A DNA stretch of 64,000 nt. Origin: the human T2T-CHM13v2.0 reference genome, Homo sapiens. The DNA lies in the NCBI RefSeq assembly GCF_009914755.1, contig NC_060928.1; one strand, written 5' to 3'. The notes below the pieces were generated by a model that was not told the DNA's origin, made no database searches, and saw only the letters and a list, made by a program, of their open reading frames with translations. Positions 11,903-24,318 of this stretch are shown here, one piece after another. The translations under genes were made by a program, and so were the position numbers. Each line of letters opens with the position of its first letter. Position 1 is the first letter of the stretch.

Positions 11903-13465
11903 TCTACCCCTTGGCACCACTCATATCTATTTGCTTCTCTCAGTAAGTTTTCTCTGTCCATGGATGGTTTCTCTGTGATTTTGGTTGGCTCCAATTTCTG
12001 GGGAATTTCATGAAATGAAAGCTAGTATGACAAAATGCAGTGCTCAGGGCTGCAGTTGCTTCTCAGGAAATTATAATTTTTTTTTCCATCACCTCAAGCA
12101 TTTATCATTTTTTTGTCATGAGAAAATTTTAAATCCTCTCTTTTAGCTATTTTGAAATATACAGTATATTATTATTAACTGTAATCACTGTGCTGTGTAA
12201 TACACAATGAAATACTATTCAGCCTTAACAAAACCTGAAATTCTGTCATTTGTGACAACATGGATGAAGCTAGAGGACATTATGTTAAGTAAGCCAGGTA
12301 TAGAAAGAAAAATACTGTATGATCTTACTTATATGTGGAATCCAAGGAAATTATTGACATTTCTCATCTCTTTCTCTCCCACTTATTCTAGTTTCCCATC
12401 ATTCTCATCAAGCACTTTTTATGGTGTAGCTGGCTTGCCTGTTAGTATAAACTAACCCCTTGTTATTCCTGAGCCTCTAATTATCATGCCCTTAATCAGG
12501 CTGCAGTTGCTATACTTTTCTTTAAAATTGAAGCGAGCATGCAAATATGAAGTGGTGCCCAGTAAATCACTTGATTACCAAACATATTCCTCTCTGCTCA
12601 GGCATCCGTCCTTATCCAGCAGTAATCCAATATCCTTATGATGATCCTTGTTACCGTCCACTGTCAGGACGGTAACAATTTATGACAGTTGGTCTCCTGG
12701 GAGGAGGAGCCCAGTGTGGCCAGGCAATAAATATAGCTTTAAGTTTAATAGGAATAATAGGGTTTCTCCTGATAGAAGCATTCCATCTCTTAGAACCAGG
12801 AATTTCAAACTCTCAGAGACAAATTTGTGGGAATGTAAAAGCACAAAATCCTCAAGCGAGTCACCATGAACTACAGTGAGCCATTCCTGTTTCTACCGTC
12901 TTGATTCCTGGACTTCTGTATTCCAACTTTTGCAGACATAGTGTCATATAGTGGCCATTAATTTAAGGTGGACTTCATCCTGAAGGATTGTACTCCATTC
13001 ACCCAGGGTGTTATCTCTAAACTAGTGTCTCAGCCATGCCTTCAATAAGTCAATCCACTGGTCTATCATGCAAGTCATTTCTGGATAATATAGTATGTGG
13101 TAGGCCATAATGGATTCCATAGTTGTTGACCACAGCTATCCATCTTTGGATAGAAAGCAGGTCTTTGGTCCAAGGAATTATTTAGTAGGATCCTATGTAA
13201 GCAGCTCAAACATTGTGAGTCTTCAAAGAGTTGACAACTATGGGAAGGAAAGGTGAAACTATATCCAAATCACCTGTTAATCTTCATCAGGATGAATTTT
13301 GTATTTCTAGGATGGAAGAGATTGAATCTAATCAACTTGTCACCAACTGGCTGAGATTAATTGCTTGATTTATTCAAGGAGTGACCACATTCGAGGTTTC
13401 AACAATAATCTTTGTTTGACAAGTTGAACATTCTACACCAGTAGTCACGAGATCAGACATGATGA
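11903..13465 (-). mobile_element. MaLR/ERVL internal sequence (MLT1-int)
   Basis: tctaccccttggcaccactcat (polypurine tract side), ccaaacatattcctctctgc, ggagcccagtgtggccaggc and cttgattcctggacttctgtattc match recalled MLT1-int. Confidence 0.75.
12075..12344 (-). mobile_element. Short 5'-inverted L1MA insertion
   Basis: 12077-12202 is antisense L1MA 3' UTR with a T tail. 12203-12342 is sense ORF2 end (MKYYSAL...TWMKLEDIMLS). Flanked by aggaaattat on both sides. Confidence 0.8.
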
Positions 13466-14164
13466 AAAAGTAAGATTGAAGAACTGAATTTTTAAAAATT
13501 TAATAATTTTAAATTTAAACCCAAATAGTCTATGTGTCTGATGGCTGCCATTTTGTACAGAAAAACTCTATACAATACTCTGGAGTGGGCTCCACAACTC
13601 CATGTCAAGATAGATAAAGATGTGTCTTTATGTATGCTAGCATTAGGTAAGATAGTGGATATAACATTAAAATAAAAGTTTTCCTGTAAGAGGAGGAAGA
13701 AAACTTGGGTTGGAAGAAATAGAGATAGAAGTAATATTCTTTTTGAGTACACCTTGTTTTCTAGATTTGACTTTGTATATATGTAATTATAATCACATAA
13801 TTCTAATTAAAATTAAATATAAAATATTGAAATGCAAATGAGATAAATGAGCAAATGTATATTGAGGTGATATTTGAACCAAATATTCAAAGAAAAACTA
13901 TTCCTATGACTATAAAACACAATAATTGGACTGTAAAGCTATGTTTTCAGTAATCATATTTTTGGTGGTAGCATTGCCATTGCTATTTTCAAAGAATTTG
14001 TGTATGATATCAGATAAAGCAAACTTGTTAAGACAGGCTCATGGTGCATGGCATGGAAGAAAAGTCAGATGTGTAAGATTAATGACAATAAGGAAAACCC
14101 GTGTATTCTGGAATTTGAATGACAAGTATTGGTATGATATTATAATAATTTTTGGCTTTAGAAT

Positions 14165-14306
14165 GTATATATATATTTATAATATATAAGGTAATATATG
14201 ACAATATAAATTTATAATGCATAAGCTTTATGTATTTTCAATATACAAGATTGTATATTTGTAATATATTTATAATTTACATATAATTATATATAATTAC
14301 ATATAT
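14165..14306. repeat. AT-rich (TA)n-derived low-complexity tract
   Basis: tatatatatttataatatata...atataattatatataattacatatat. Confidence 0.7.
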
Positions 14307-14633
14307 CTTTCCTAGTTCTGTTCACCAATAAGGTTTAGAAACAAGGACAAGCCCAGTAGCAATAAGCATGACTAGCATCCAGGTTGTGATCTCTATATGC
14401 CATTTTGTACTAAAAAATAGTATTTCCTAGAAAAATGACTGCATCTACGTATGGAGCTAGGAATATACAAGGTGAGTCTGGAATGTCTTGTTATGCCAGA
14501 AACAAAGATATGCTGTCAAGGACTGCTATAATTCTGTCAACAGGTTGCAAAAGCCAACTTGAATAGGCTCCCACTAACCAAAATTGGGACCACATGGATA
14601 ATAACTAGAATAGCTTAAAATGCATTAAATATA

Positions 14634-15074
14634 CAAACATGCATTGCTTAGCAACGAGGGCAGGTTCTGAGAAATGCACTGTTAGATGATTTTGTTGTTA
14701 TGTGAACATCATAGGGTGTACTTACATGAACCAGGATGGTATAATCTGCTCCACGCCTAGGCTATGTGGTATAGCCAATTGCTCTTAGGCTACAAACCTG
14801 TATAGCATGTTACTGTACTGAATACCTCAGGCAACTGTAACAAAAGGTAAATATTTGTGTATTTAAGCATATCTAAACAGAGAAAAGGTACAGTGAAATA
14901 TGATATAAAAAATAAAACAGTGGTACATCTGTAGAGGGCCTTGTGCTATGATGTTATGATAGCTATGACATCACTGGATGACAGGAATTTTTCTGCTCCA
15001 CTATAATCTTATGGGACCACCATTGTATATGCCATCAGTCCTTAACTGAAAAGTTGTCATATGGTGTGTGATTG
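14634..15074 (+). mobile_element. Tigger3 (Golem) non-autonomous TcMar element
   Basis: TA flanks. ttctgagaaatgcactgttagatgattttg, ctaggctatgtggtatagcc and ataatcttatgggaccaccattgtatatg. Confidence 0.88.
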
Positions 15075-15394
15075 TATTTAAATCTGTGAGCTCCTAATGG
15101 TGTGAAAAATCTTTGATCATTATTGGAGGTACTCATAAAATTCTTTATGTAGGAAATAGGTTAATAAATGGAAAGAATCCAGTATTTATCTAACCTTTAC
15201 TAATAGAACTATTACTTTGGTGTAGTTGATGAGGAGAAGTTTCTACTTTAAAAATATTCCAACTAATAAGTGGAGTATGATATAATTTTAAAAATTACCA
15301 TTTTGCAACCCCCAAGGAATGTATTGATCCAGGCAATGATTCTCAATGGCCGCTAACATGGCAGAAAGAGAACCAGACAGTAGGTCAGTAAGTG

Positions 15395-15747
15395 CTGTAG
15401 TCCCCTCTTATTCAAGGTTTCCCTTTCCCTGATTTTAGTTACTCTCAGTATAGGGCAGTTTGAAAATAGATGAATGTAGTAAAAGATATTTTTGAGAGAG
15501 AGAGAAAGAGAGAGAGAGAGACTGCATTCACATAACTTTCATTACAGTATATTGTTATAATTATTCTATTACTAGTTTTTGTTAATCTCTTACTGTGCCT
15601 AATTTATAAATTAAACTTTATTATAGGTATGTATGTATGTATGTATAGAAAAAACATAGTATATATAGAGTTTGGTGCTATCTGTGGTTTCAGACATCCA
15701 CTGAGGGTCTTGAAACATATATCCAGTGGGTTAAGTGTGGATTACTG
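15395..15747 (+). mobile_element. MER44A TcMar-Tigger MITE
   Basis: ctgtagtcccctcttat start, internal (GA)n, ttgttaatctcttactgtgcctaatttataaattaaac, ends ttactg followed by TA. Confidence 0.9.
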
Positions 15748-17179
15748 TACCTACTTTTGGAAAAATGCAGCACCACCTATAAAGCAGCTTTGCAGAAAAA
15801 AAGAAAAAAAAAGAGCTAAAACATGAAAGTACCTAGATATTTAAATTAGAGCCACAGGATTATGTTAAATGAGTAAATTGCACAGTAAGAAGATTACAAA
15901 ATATATGTAAGTTTTTGCAAGGCAAAAAAAACATGAAATGCAGTGAGGAACTCATCTACTAATATCAGTGACTAATAGAAAATCCAGTATATGGGCTTTG
16001 TTTGGATCTTAGTTCAAATACACAAAATATTAAAAATCATAACAGAATTTAGAATATGTGAATGTTGACTAGCTATTTGAAGGTCTTAAGGAAATGTGTG
16101 TGTGTGTTTAATGACTGTTTTGGTAAAGAAAGAATTTTTCTTTTACAGATACATATGGAAGTGTTTACATGAAATTACTATGTCAGAAATTTGCTTTAAA
16201 ACAATCTGAGTGGAAGATGGGAGATAGAAGGTAGTGATGATACAAAAATAGCCACGAGTTGATCATTGCAACTTGAGTGAGTGGTACATGTGATGGTTTC
16301 TTGTATTATCATTTGGCTTGTATATATTTGAAAATTTTACTAATAACAAGTCTCAAATTCAGAATAGATATTATAATTTTCAAAATAAAAGATTGTATTT
16401 TATCTTTTGGTCTTTGCCTTAAAAGGCAATTACTAAAGTAAAGATGGGTAGAGAAGTTGTAAAGATTTTTGTGTTTGCTTTCAGCTTTGCTGAATCAACC
16501 TACAGGTCTACCATTCATTTCTTCACACACTTAATAAGGACCTGACCTTACTTTATTTTAAAGTGCCCTCTGTGGCATTACATGTCTTCAGGAAATCACA
16601 GTTAAGTGATTTCATTTCATATATCATCTGACCTCTCCAGAGAAAAATAAAGACCTGGCTAACCTCTTAGATGAAATATATTTTGAAAAGGTAGGCACAA
16701 AAACTATCTCTTTCTTTTTTTTTTCTTTTCATCATTCTTTACATTTTACTTTCTCCTTCTATCATGTGCTCCTGTTTTGCCATTTTCTTAATCACTTATT
16801 TTTACCAAGACTCCTAAATAAGAAATATCTTATTCTAATAAAATGGCCAAGTTTAGCTTTGGGTTGGTAATACATTGTTTTATGGAACGAATCAGCACAT
16901 AGTTTTCAAAGTACTGAGAGGAATCCAGAAAGTATATTACATATCTCTAGCCACCAATAAGTGTGTAATTTAAGAAGAATGACTAATACACACAGATACA
17001 GAAAGAAAAGAAAAGGCAGACAGTTTTATGCTAAATTGACTAGCAGTGACTTTTAAAAACTGCACATTGTCAAAAATGGAGAAAACAGTGAGTTAATACA
17101 CTCCCAGAAGACTTAATACTTGAGCTGAATTATTAAAAATAGATAGACTGTATATGTTTGCAATGCAAAAGTGGAGGAT

Positions 17180-17545
<366 letters not shown>

Positions 17546-17814
17546 TCAAACTTCTTTAACCAGAAAGAATGTGAATGGGAGAACAGGGAGAAGCTGGTCA
17601 TAAAGATTACGAGGCCAGATTATGCTGTATAAGGAAAAGCAAATTTGGATTTTATATGGATTGGTAATAAATGTTTACAACTGTATTAATAGATTAATAA
17701 AACTCAAATTTGGATTTGAGTTTGAATATGATAGATATGGTAGACAGTAACGAGACATTTTGAGTTCTAGGACAATGTTTTAGGTGTTTTGTCTGGAAAT
17801 GATACTGGGTAGGG

Positions 17815-19672
17815 AGGGCATTACCACTCTTAAACCTAGGCAGGTAGGCCCCTGCCCATGAGGCCTCATGTATAAGGAATCCCTATACTGTGGAGTGCCT
17901 TCCACAAAATGTTCATATTTCCTGTCTAGTACCTGGAACCATCTATGGCTGGGAATGCCATCAAGCAGATTTTCCTGAGGCCAGACCAGGGTGCCATGAG
18001 CCTGGTCTGGGCCTCCAGTGGTTTCTCCCCTTGAGGACACTTTCCAAATTTTATACCCAAGGACAGCATCAGCCAGCTGTCTTGAGAAACTCTGAGACAA
18101 TGAGTCACTGAGAACCCTGTAGCTGTGCATCAGTTATAGGAGGGTATCCTGGAGATCAGATCATGCCGCTGGCCAGTGTAATATTTTTTCCACAGGATCA
18201 CTGGAGATTAGGCTGCCAGAATATAACTAACCTATTAAATTTGGGTGTTTCTCCCTTATACTGGACATAGGACAAGTTGGGTCTCTATGCTACCAATGAT
18301 CTACCATTTACCCTTGGGCTTGAGCCATATATCTGGGCCCATGTATCACGTGGCCGTGTTCCTTCTAGGCTGTCACCTCTGGTCTACAGCACTCAAGGAC
18401 AGCAGGGATGGAGGCAGACACCTTTTCCCTATGCATTCCTGCTATTGACACTGGGACAGTCATCTCACTCCCTACACAGACTCCATGGGGATTGCTGTCC
18501 ATATTTTCTCAAACGGCTTTTCAAACAGCTGTTCGGCAATCCAGTGGGCTCTTCTGATCAATATTCTCTTTGCCTCTGATCTGTGCAGTGGTGTACTATG
18601 CAGAGCCAGAATTAAGCATGTCAGAAGAAAGACAGTCACTCCTTGTGTGAATGGAACTGCTCTTCTCTCTCTGCCTCGCTGGTGTGGAGAAGGCAGGTGG
18701 GCAGTCAAATTTGGAGGTGACCACATTCTAGCAATACAGTTATTAGGGCCCAAAAGGTCAAGAGAATACATGGTTGGAAGACGTATTTTTTTATGTTAGT
18801 GCTATAAAATTCTGAGTGATAAATTAGCATCTCCAGGCAATAATTATTGTTTATATTTTCCTTTTTACTCGGGGTAAGACTTGCGTTTGTGGACATCATC
18901 AATGAAGCACAGCAATAACCTATAAGAGTCATTGGAAGCTGGTATTCACAGCCAGTACAATGGATGATGGAACATCCTGAGTTGTGGTGTGGCAATCATT
19001 AGACAAATAGTATTCAGGAAATTTGGTGGCAAGGAGAACTATATTGCTTCAGTACAAAATCTATATCATTTATGAAGAAACATAGTATTACAAGTAGTAA
19101 CAGCATTGCTACCATTTTCTTTTTTTGCAGAAGGGCCAGGAATGTGTAAGGCCTGATCTATGCTTTCTTTTATTTTCTTCTTTTTTTAAAACATAATTTC
19201 AACTTTTATTTTAGATTCAGGGGGTACATGTGTAGGCTTGTTACCTGGAATATTGCATGATGCTGAAGTTTGGGGTATGATAGATCCCATCGCCCAGGTA
19301 ATGAGTGTAGTACCCAATAGTTAGTTTTTAAATCCTTGCCACCCTCCCTGACTTCTTCTTATTTCAGGAGATTTAAATTAGCCAAAAATAAAACATTTGA
19401 AAATAAAGGGCCTGAATGGTCCTTTTCTAAATCTGAACAGGAAAAGAAGGTGTCTGGATATTGGAAAAAAAAAACAAAACAAAACACAGACCACAATAAA
19501 CAAATTATGTGCATACCTCTTCTCTACTAATTATTCTAAGTTGTCATTGATAAATCACTAAAATTACATAAATCCATACATTCCATAATATATTTTAATC
19601 AAGTGGCTTATACAGATAGGGATCCCACAATAAATATTTGTCTGAAATTCTGTACCCCCTAGTGTGGCACTA
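17815..19672. mobile_element. Probable hAT-Tip100 (Zaphod/MER115-like) internally deleted element
   Basis: Ends cctaggcaggtaggcccctgccc and gggatcccacaataaatatttgtctg...ccctagtgtggcacta resemble recalled Tip100-family subterminal sequence. It sits between two L2-like segments. Confidence 0.45.
19180..19350 (-). mobile_element. L1PA15/16 or L1PB 3' end fragment
   Basis: ttttattttagattcagggggtacatgtgtaggcttgttac...cccaggtaatgagtgtagtacccaatag. Confidence 0.85.
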
Positions 19673-19699
19673 GAGGTGATAGTTAACGGAAAGTGAAAA

Positions 19700-19920
19700 A
19701 CTACATAAAGGAAGATAGATTAAAGGGCAATTGCAATAATTCTGGCTAGAGGTGATGGCAGACTGGGCTAGGAATATAAGATGAATATAAGGATAGTGAA
19801 ACTGCATAATATTTTAAAGAAAACTCAATAGGATTTGATAATAGATTGTTAAAGATGGAACAGATGCTAAGAATCAAAGCAGACGTCTAAGTGTCTATGC
19901 TTAAAAACTTGAAAAGAAAA
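19700..19920 (-). mobile_element. L2 fragment (related L2-like sequence also at about 17050-17750)
   Basis: ttgcaataattctggctagaggtgatggcagactgggctagg...ataggatttgataatagattg...gaatcaaag. Confidence 0.6.
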
Positions 19921-20024
19921 TAAGCAGAGGTAGAAATAACTACTTCCAGTAGAGAAGAAAGACCAATTTGGACATCAATGTATGTTGGGATATATAGAAA
20001 ATTCTCAATTACAAAGTATATGCA

Positions 20025-20355
20025 GGCTGGGAGTGGTGGCTCACGCCTGTAATCCCAGCACTTTGGGAGGCCAAGGCAGGTGGATCATGAGGTCAGGAGT
20101 TCGAGACCAGCCTGACCAAAATGGTGAAACCCCATCTCTACTAAAAGTACAAAAATTAGCTGGGTGTCGTGGTGAGTGCCTGTAATCTCAGTTACTCAGG
20201 AAACTGAGGCAGGAGAATCACTTCAACCCGGGAAGCTGAGGCAGGAGAATTGCTTCAACCCGGGAGGCAGAGGTTACAGTAAGCCTAGATTGCTCCACTG
20301 CACTCCAGCCTGGGCAACAGAGCGAGACTCTGTCTCCAAAAATAAAAAATAAATA
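20025..20355 (+). mobile_element. AluSg-like with an internal 32-bp tandem duplication
   Basis: ggatcatgaggtcaggagttcgag. Target-site duplication acaaa(g/t)tatatgca at 20011-20024 and 20356-20369. Confidence 0.93.
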
Positions 20356-20580
20356 ACAAATTATATGCAATCTAGGCATGTAACAAAGTTGCACTTGTAC
20401 CCCATAAACTTATACAAACAAAAAATGAGTCCTTCTAGGGAGTAAAGATCAGTTATAAAAGTTTCTAAGAATCTAAGAAAAATGTTTTTGTCTTCTTTGG
20501 CATGTGATAAGACATTGGCATCCACTTTGTAGCAAAATTTTTATACATGACATCAGGAGTTGTTCAGTTTAAATTCCAGT

Positions 20581-20714
20581 TCAAATAATTTATGGAATTT
20601 AAAACTTGATTGGCAAAGGTCCTTGAAGAATATGCTTCCAGTAACTTGAAAACTGCTTAATGCTCTGGAGAAAGGGGCATATTTTATCATACTAAAGAAG
20701 AAGGACATAATGCA
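20581..20714 (+). repeat. 134-bp local direct duplication, copy 1
   Basis: Aligns without gaps to 22205-22338 with 14 mismatches by manual count. Confidence 0.95.
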
Positions 20715-20715
20715 G

Positions 20716-20875
20716 TTCTTCCCTTTGAGCAAATTATTTAGCATTGCTGAACCTTGACTTCATTCCATAAAAGTGGGATAAATTATGTCTGCATCACAGT
20801 GCCATTTTGGGGCTGAAACATACATGGAAGTGCCTGGCACAGTGTCCAGCACAATCAGACTCAATAAATGTTGGT
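20716..20875 (+). mobile_element. MIR
   Basis: tttgagcaaattatttagc...cataaaagtgggataa...gtgcctggcacag...ctcaataaatgttgg. Confidence 0.7.
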
Positions 20876-21513
20876 TCAAGTGAAATGAAATGAAATCTAC
20901 TAGGGTCAAATTGCTTTGTAGTTCTACCACTCAGATAATTCCATCCTCATTTCACATCATGACAGCAGCTCATCTATCACAGGGCTTCTTCAGGCCTGGG
21001 ACTGAGGTCTGTGACCACTATCTCTAGGAGCTTCTGATGAAACTCTTCTTAACTGGAGAGAGTGAAAAATAGAAGGTTTAGGCACCTCTAGGAAAAATGA
21101 CTTTTCCCTCTATAATTTACCCACCTGCATTTTAGAAGTGTGCTTCTAATATAACTTGAGCTGCAGTCACCCATAATATCACATTTGTATAGTATGGCGA
21201 ACTGATATCCCCTTGAAAATATAAATTAAAACAGCATTCAATGAGCCTTTGAAAAAAGGAGATAGAATCCAAGACAGAGAGAATTTTAAATAGAATGATA
21301 CTTCAGTGATTTATGTGGATAACAATGTTCTTGGCAGCATGCTAGTTGAAGATGGGTGTGAAATCTCTATTACTCTCTGCCTGTCTGTTTTTATGGCTTT
21401 CATTTAACATGATTAAGTACCTAGTCTGTGCTTGGTGGTACCTAATGGCTTTCATTTCTCCCCAGTGCCAAAGTTTCTCTCTGGCTGTAAGTTATGATTT
21501 TCAGGAAAGGCAT

Positions 21514-21953
21514 TGCTATGATTTGAGTTGGTCCTCATTAAAAGTCATGTTGAAATTTGATCCCCCATGTGATGATATTGAGAGATGAGGACTTATGAGT
21601 GGTGTTAGGGTCATGGGGATGGATCCCTCACAAATGGCTTGGTGCTGTTCCAGAAGTGGTGAGTGAGTTCTTCCTCTCCAGAGACTTTTAATTCATGAAG
21701 CAGTGTTCCCACAAGAGTGGGTTGTTATAAAGCCAGGATGCCCCTTGGATTTGCCTCTTGGAACATGTCTACTTCTTTGACCTTTGCTGCTCTGAGGCAA
21801 CGCAAAAAGCCTACACCAGAAACCTAGCAGATGGAGGCATCATGCTTCTTTTACTTCCCAGGCTGTGGAAACATGAGCTAAGTAAAACTCTTTTCTTTAC
21901 AAACTACCCAGGTTCAGCTATTCTGTTACAGCAACACTGAATAGACTAAGATA
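21514..21953 (+). mobile_element. MST (MSTB/MSTC-like) MaLR solo LTR
   Basis: tgctatgatttg start, gggtcatggggatggatccctc, end ctacccaggttcagctattctgttacagcaacactgaatagactaaga. Confidence 0.85.
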
Positions 21954-22204
21954 GGTGGTCTGACCGGGTGGCCCCGGCTAAAGCAGTGGTTGCTGTGTGG
22001 CAGTAATGCCCTCCAAGAATCCATGGGCGCAGAGTCAGTGGCTAGGCCTTGTAAGAATGGCTCTGTGTGTTTGATAAGAAAAAGATTTAACCCACTGTGT
22101 CTCTGACGTGGACTGGAAATAGTACATTTTCCAAGTATGAGAAAAAGATGCTCATAGTGACCTACCAAACTGTGAAATATTTCTTTTAATAAAGATGGTG
22201 AAAG

Positions 22205-22338
22205 TCAAATAATTTATGGAATTTAAAACTTGATTGGAACAGGTCCTTGGAGAATTTGCTTCCAGTAACTTGCAAAATGCTTAAAGCTCAGGAGAAAGGG
22301 GCATGTTTTATCATGGTGAGGAAGAAAGACATAATGCA
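22205..22338 (+). repeat. 134-bp local direct duplication, copy 2
   Basis: About 90% identical to 20581-20714. Confidence 0.95.
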
Positions 22339-23234
22339 ATCATAGAGACAGTTTAGGGTAATTGCAGGCCATATTAGGGCCAGGAGCTGCGGCTTAGTCT
22401 TCATGTTGACAAAGTAGGTCTGTATTCTGATTTGACAATAGCAAACCCAAATGTGAGCCAATAACCATTCCAGAAAAGCTTGTGTGAGCTGACTCAATGA
22501 CCTTTTTCCCCATCTTTCTTCAGGCTTAGAAGATTCTTAAAAAATTCTGATGTGTGCAAGTTAGAAGATTGATAACTTTAGTTTTTGCTATTGTTACTTG
22601 TTTTATTTTCCTTAATGTTGAGGTAATTCGAGGTTCCTATTTACCCATTTAACTATTAATCATCTGTTATTTTTCTTTCTACCAAACTGAACCCATTCTC
22701 ACAATAGTCTGTATGCATAAGCATTTTTTAAAATTCACTGTGTATTCTTGCTTTCTTCAAACTGAACACTTCTGTTTGTATTACCCACATTTATTCCCAA
22801 GGCAAAGAATCAGCATCATTCTATTTTTAAAGGATTTTATATCTTATCGGTTTCTATTAGTGACAATAAAAAATATTGTTACCTTAGAAAAATTATATAT
22901 AGAGAGTGAGATAGATGATTGAGAGAGATCTAGTCATGTTTAGTATTATGGTCCGGCTTTGCACCCATGATTTGTACAGTTCTCTCTCAGAAACCTTGAA
23001 TTTCAAGGAAACTATAGTCCTGATAAACAAATTAATAAAAAAAACACCACAATCTGGACTCAGACTGGATAAACTGAAATACTGTCTTCACTTGTCAATC
23101 TGAACTACTCAGAGGAAAAAATAATTCCTTTTTTTGATTATGTTCTGAACAGTTCATGTCAACCAACCATTTCTGTTTGTTTGTTTGTTTTCATTTTTAT
23201 GTTTTTGGTCTTGCCGGTATTTTTTTCTTTTACA

Positions 23235-23505
23235 GTTTTCAAGCCCACCAGTCCCTTTGCCCCTTCTGCCCCTGCAGGTGGGCAAGCCAATAAAAAAGCC
23301 ATTGGAGTTTATGAAAATTTCAAATCTCTCCAGGTCCCAGCCCAGGATAGGGGAACCCTCATCCTGGCCCCACCTTCTAGCCACGATAAAGCCTCAAACA
23401 GTCTTCTTTCCTTGGTTTCTTAAGCCATTTTACACCAGCTTGGAAACTCTGATCTGCTCTACCCAGAAATCTTCATTATATAAGTCGCCAAATTTTCATG
23501 CCCTC
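23235..23505 (+). mobile_element. Degraded ERVL-class LTR fragment (MER54/MER74-like)
   Basis: ccacgataaagcctcaaacagtcttctttccttggtttcttaagccattt...ctgctctacccagaaatcttcattat resembles recalled ERVL LTR R/U5 sequence. Confidence 0.45.
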
Positions 23506-23970
23506 TTTTGCTTTATTGATACATAATAGGTGTAGATATTTTCAGAGTATATGTGATATTTAAGTACATTCATATAATGTGTAAAGATCAAATCAGGGTA
23601 ACTGGGATATCCATCACCGTAAATATGCATATTTTCTGTATGCTAGAGACATTTGAGTTATTCTCTTCTACTTATTTAAAAATGTACAATAGATTGTTAT
23701 TAACTATATTCACCCTACTGATCTATCAAAACTAGGTCTTATTTCTTTTATCCAATTGTGTATTTGTACCCATCAATCAATCTCTCTTCATTACCCCTCC
23801 CTCCTACACTTTCTGGCCTCTGGTAACCATCAACCTATTCTTTACCTTTGTGGGGTCCACTTTTTTCAGTTCCCATATATGAATGAGAACATGTAATGTT
23901 TGCCTTTCTGTGCTTAGCTTATTTCATTTAACATAATAACCATCATTTCCACCCATGTTGTTGCAAATGA

Positions 23971-24318
<348 letters not shown>

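Larger units (their letters stand above)
13560..16350 (+). mobile_element. L1MC4-like 3' region, interrupted by Tigger3 and MER44A
   Basis: aggaatatacaaggtgagtctggaatgtcttgttatgccagaaa and 3' end ttgctttaaaacaatc...tatatttgaaaattttactaataa. Confidence 0.65.

Noticed and set aside
14230-14300. Short palindromes such as aatatacaagattgtatatt
   Set aside because: Expected by chance in TA-rich low-complexity DNA.
22500-22628. Plus-strand acceptor (ctttcttcag) and donor (gag/gtaatt) pair
   Set aside because: The enclosed sequence is T-rich with stops, and such pseudo-exons are common. It cannot be supported without RNA data.
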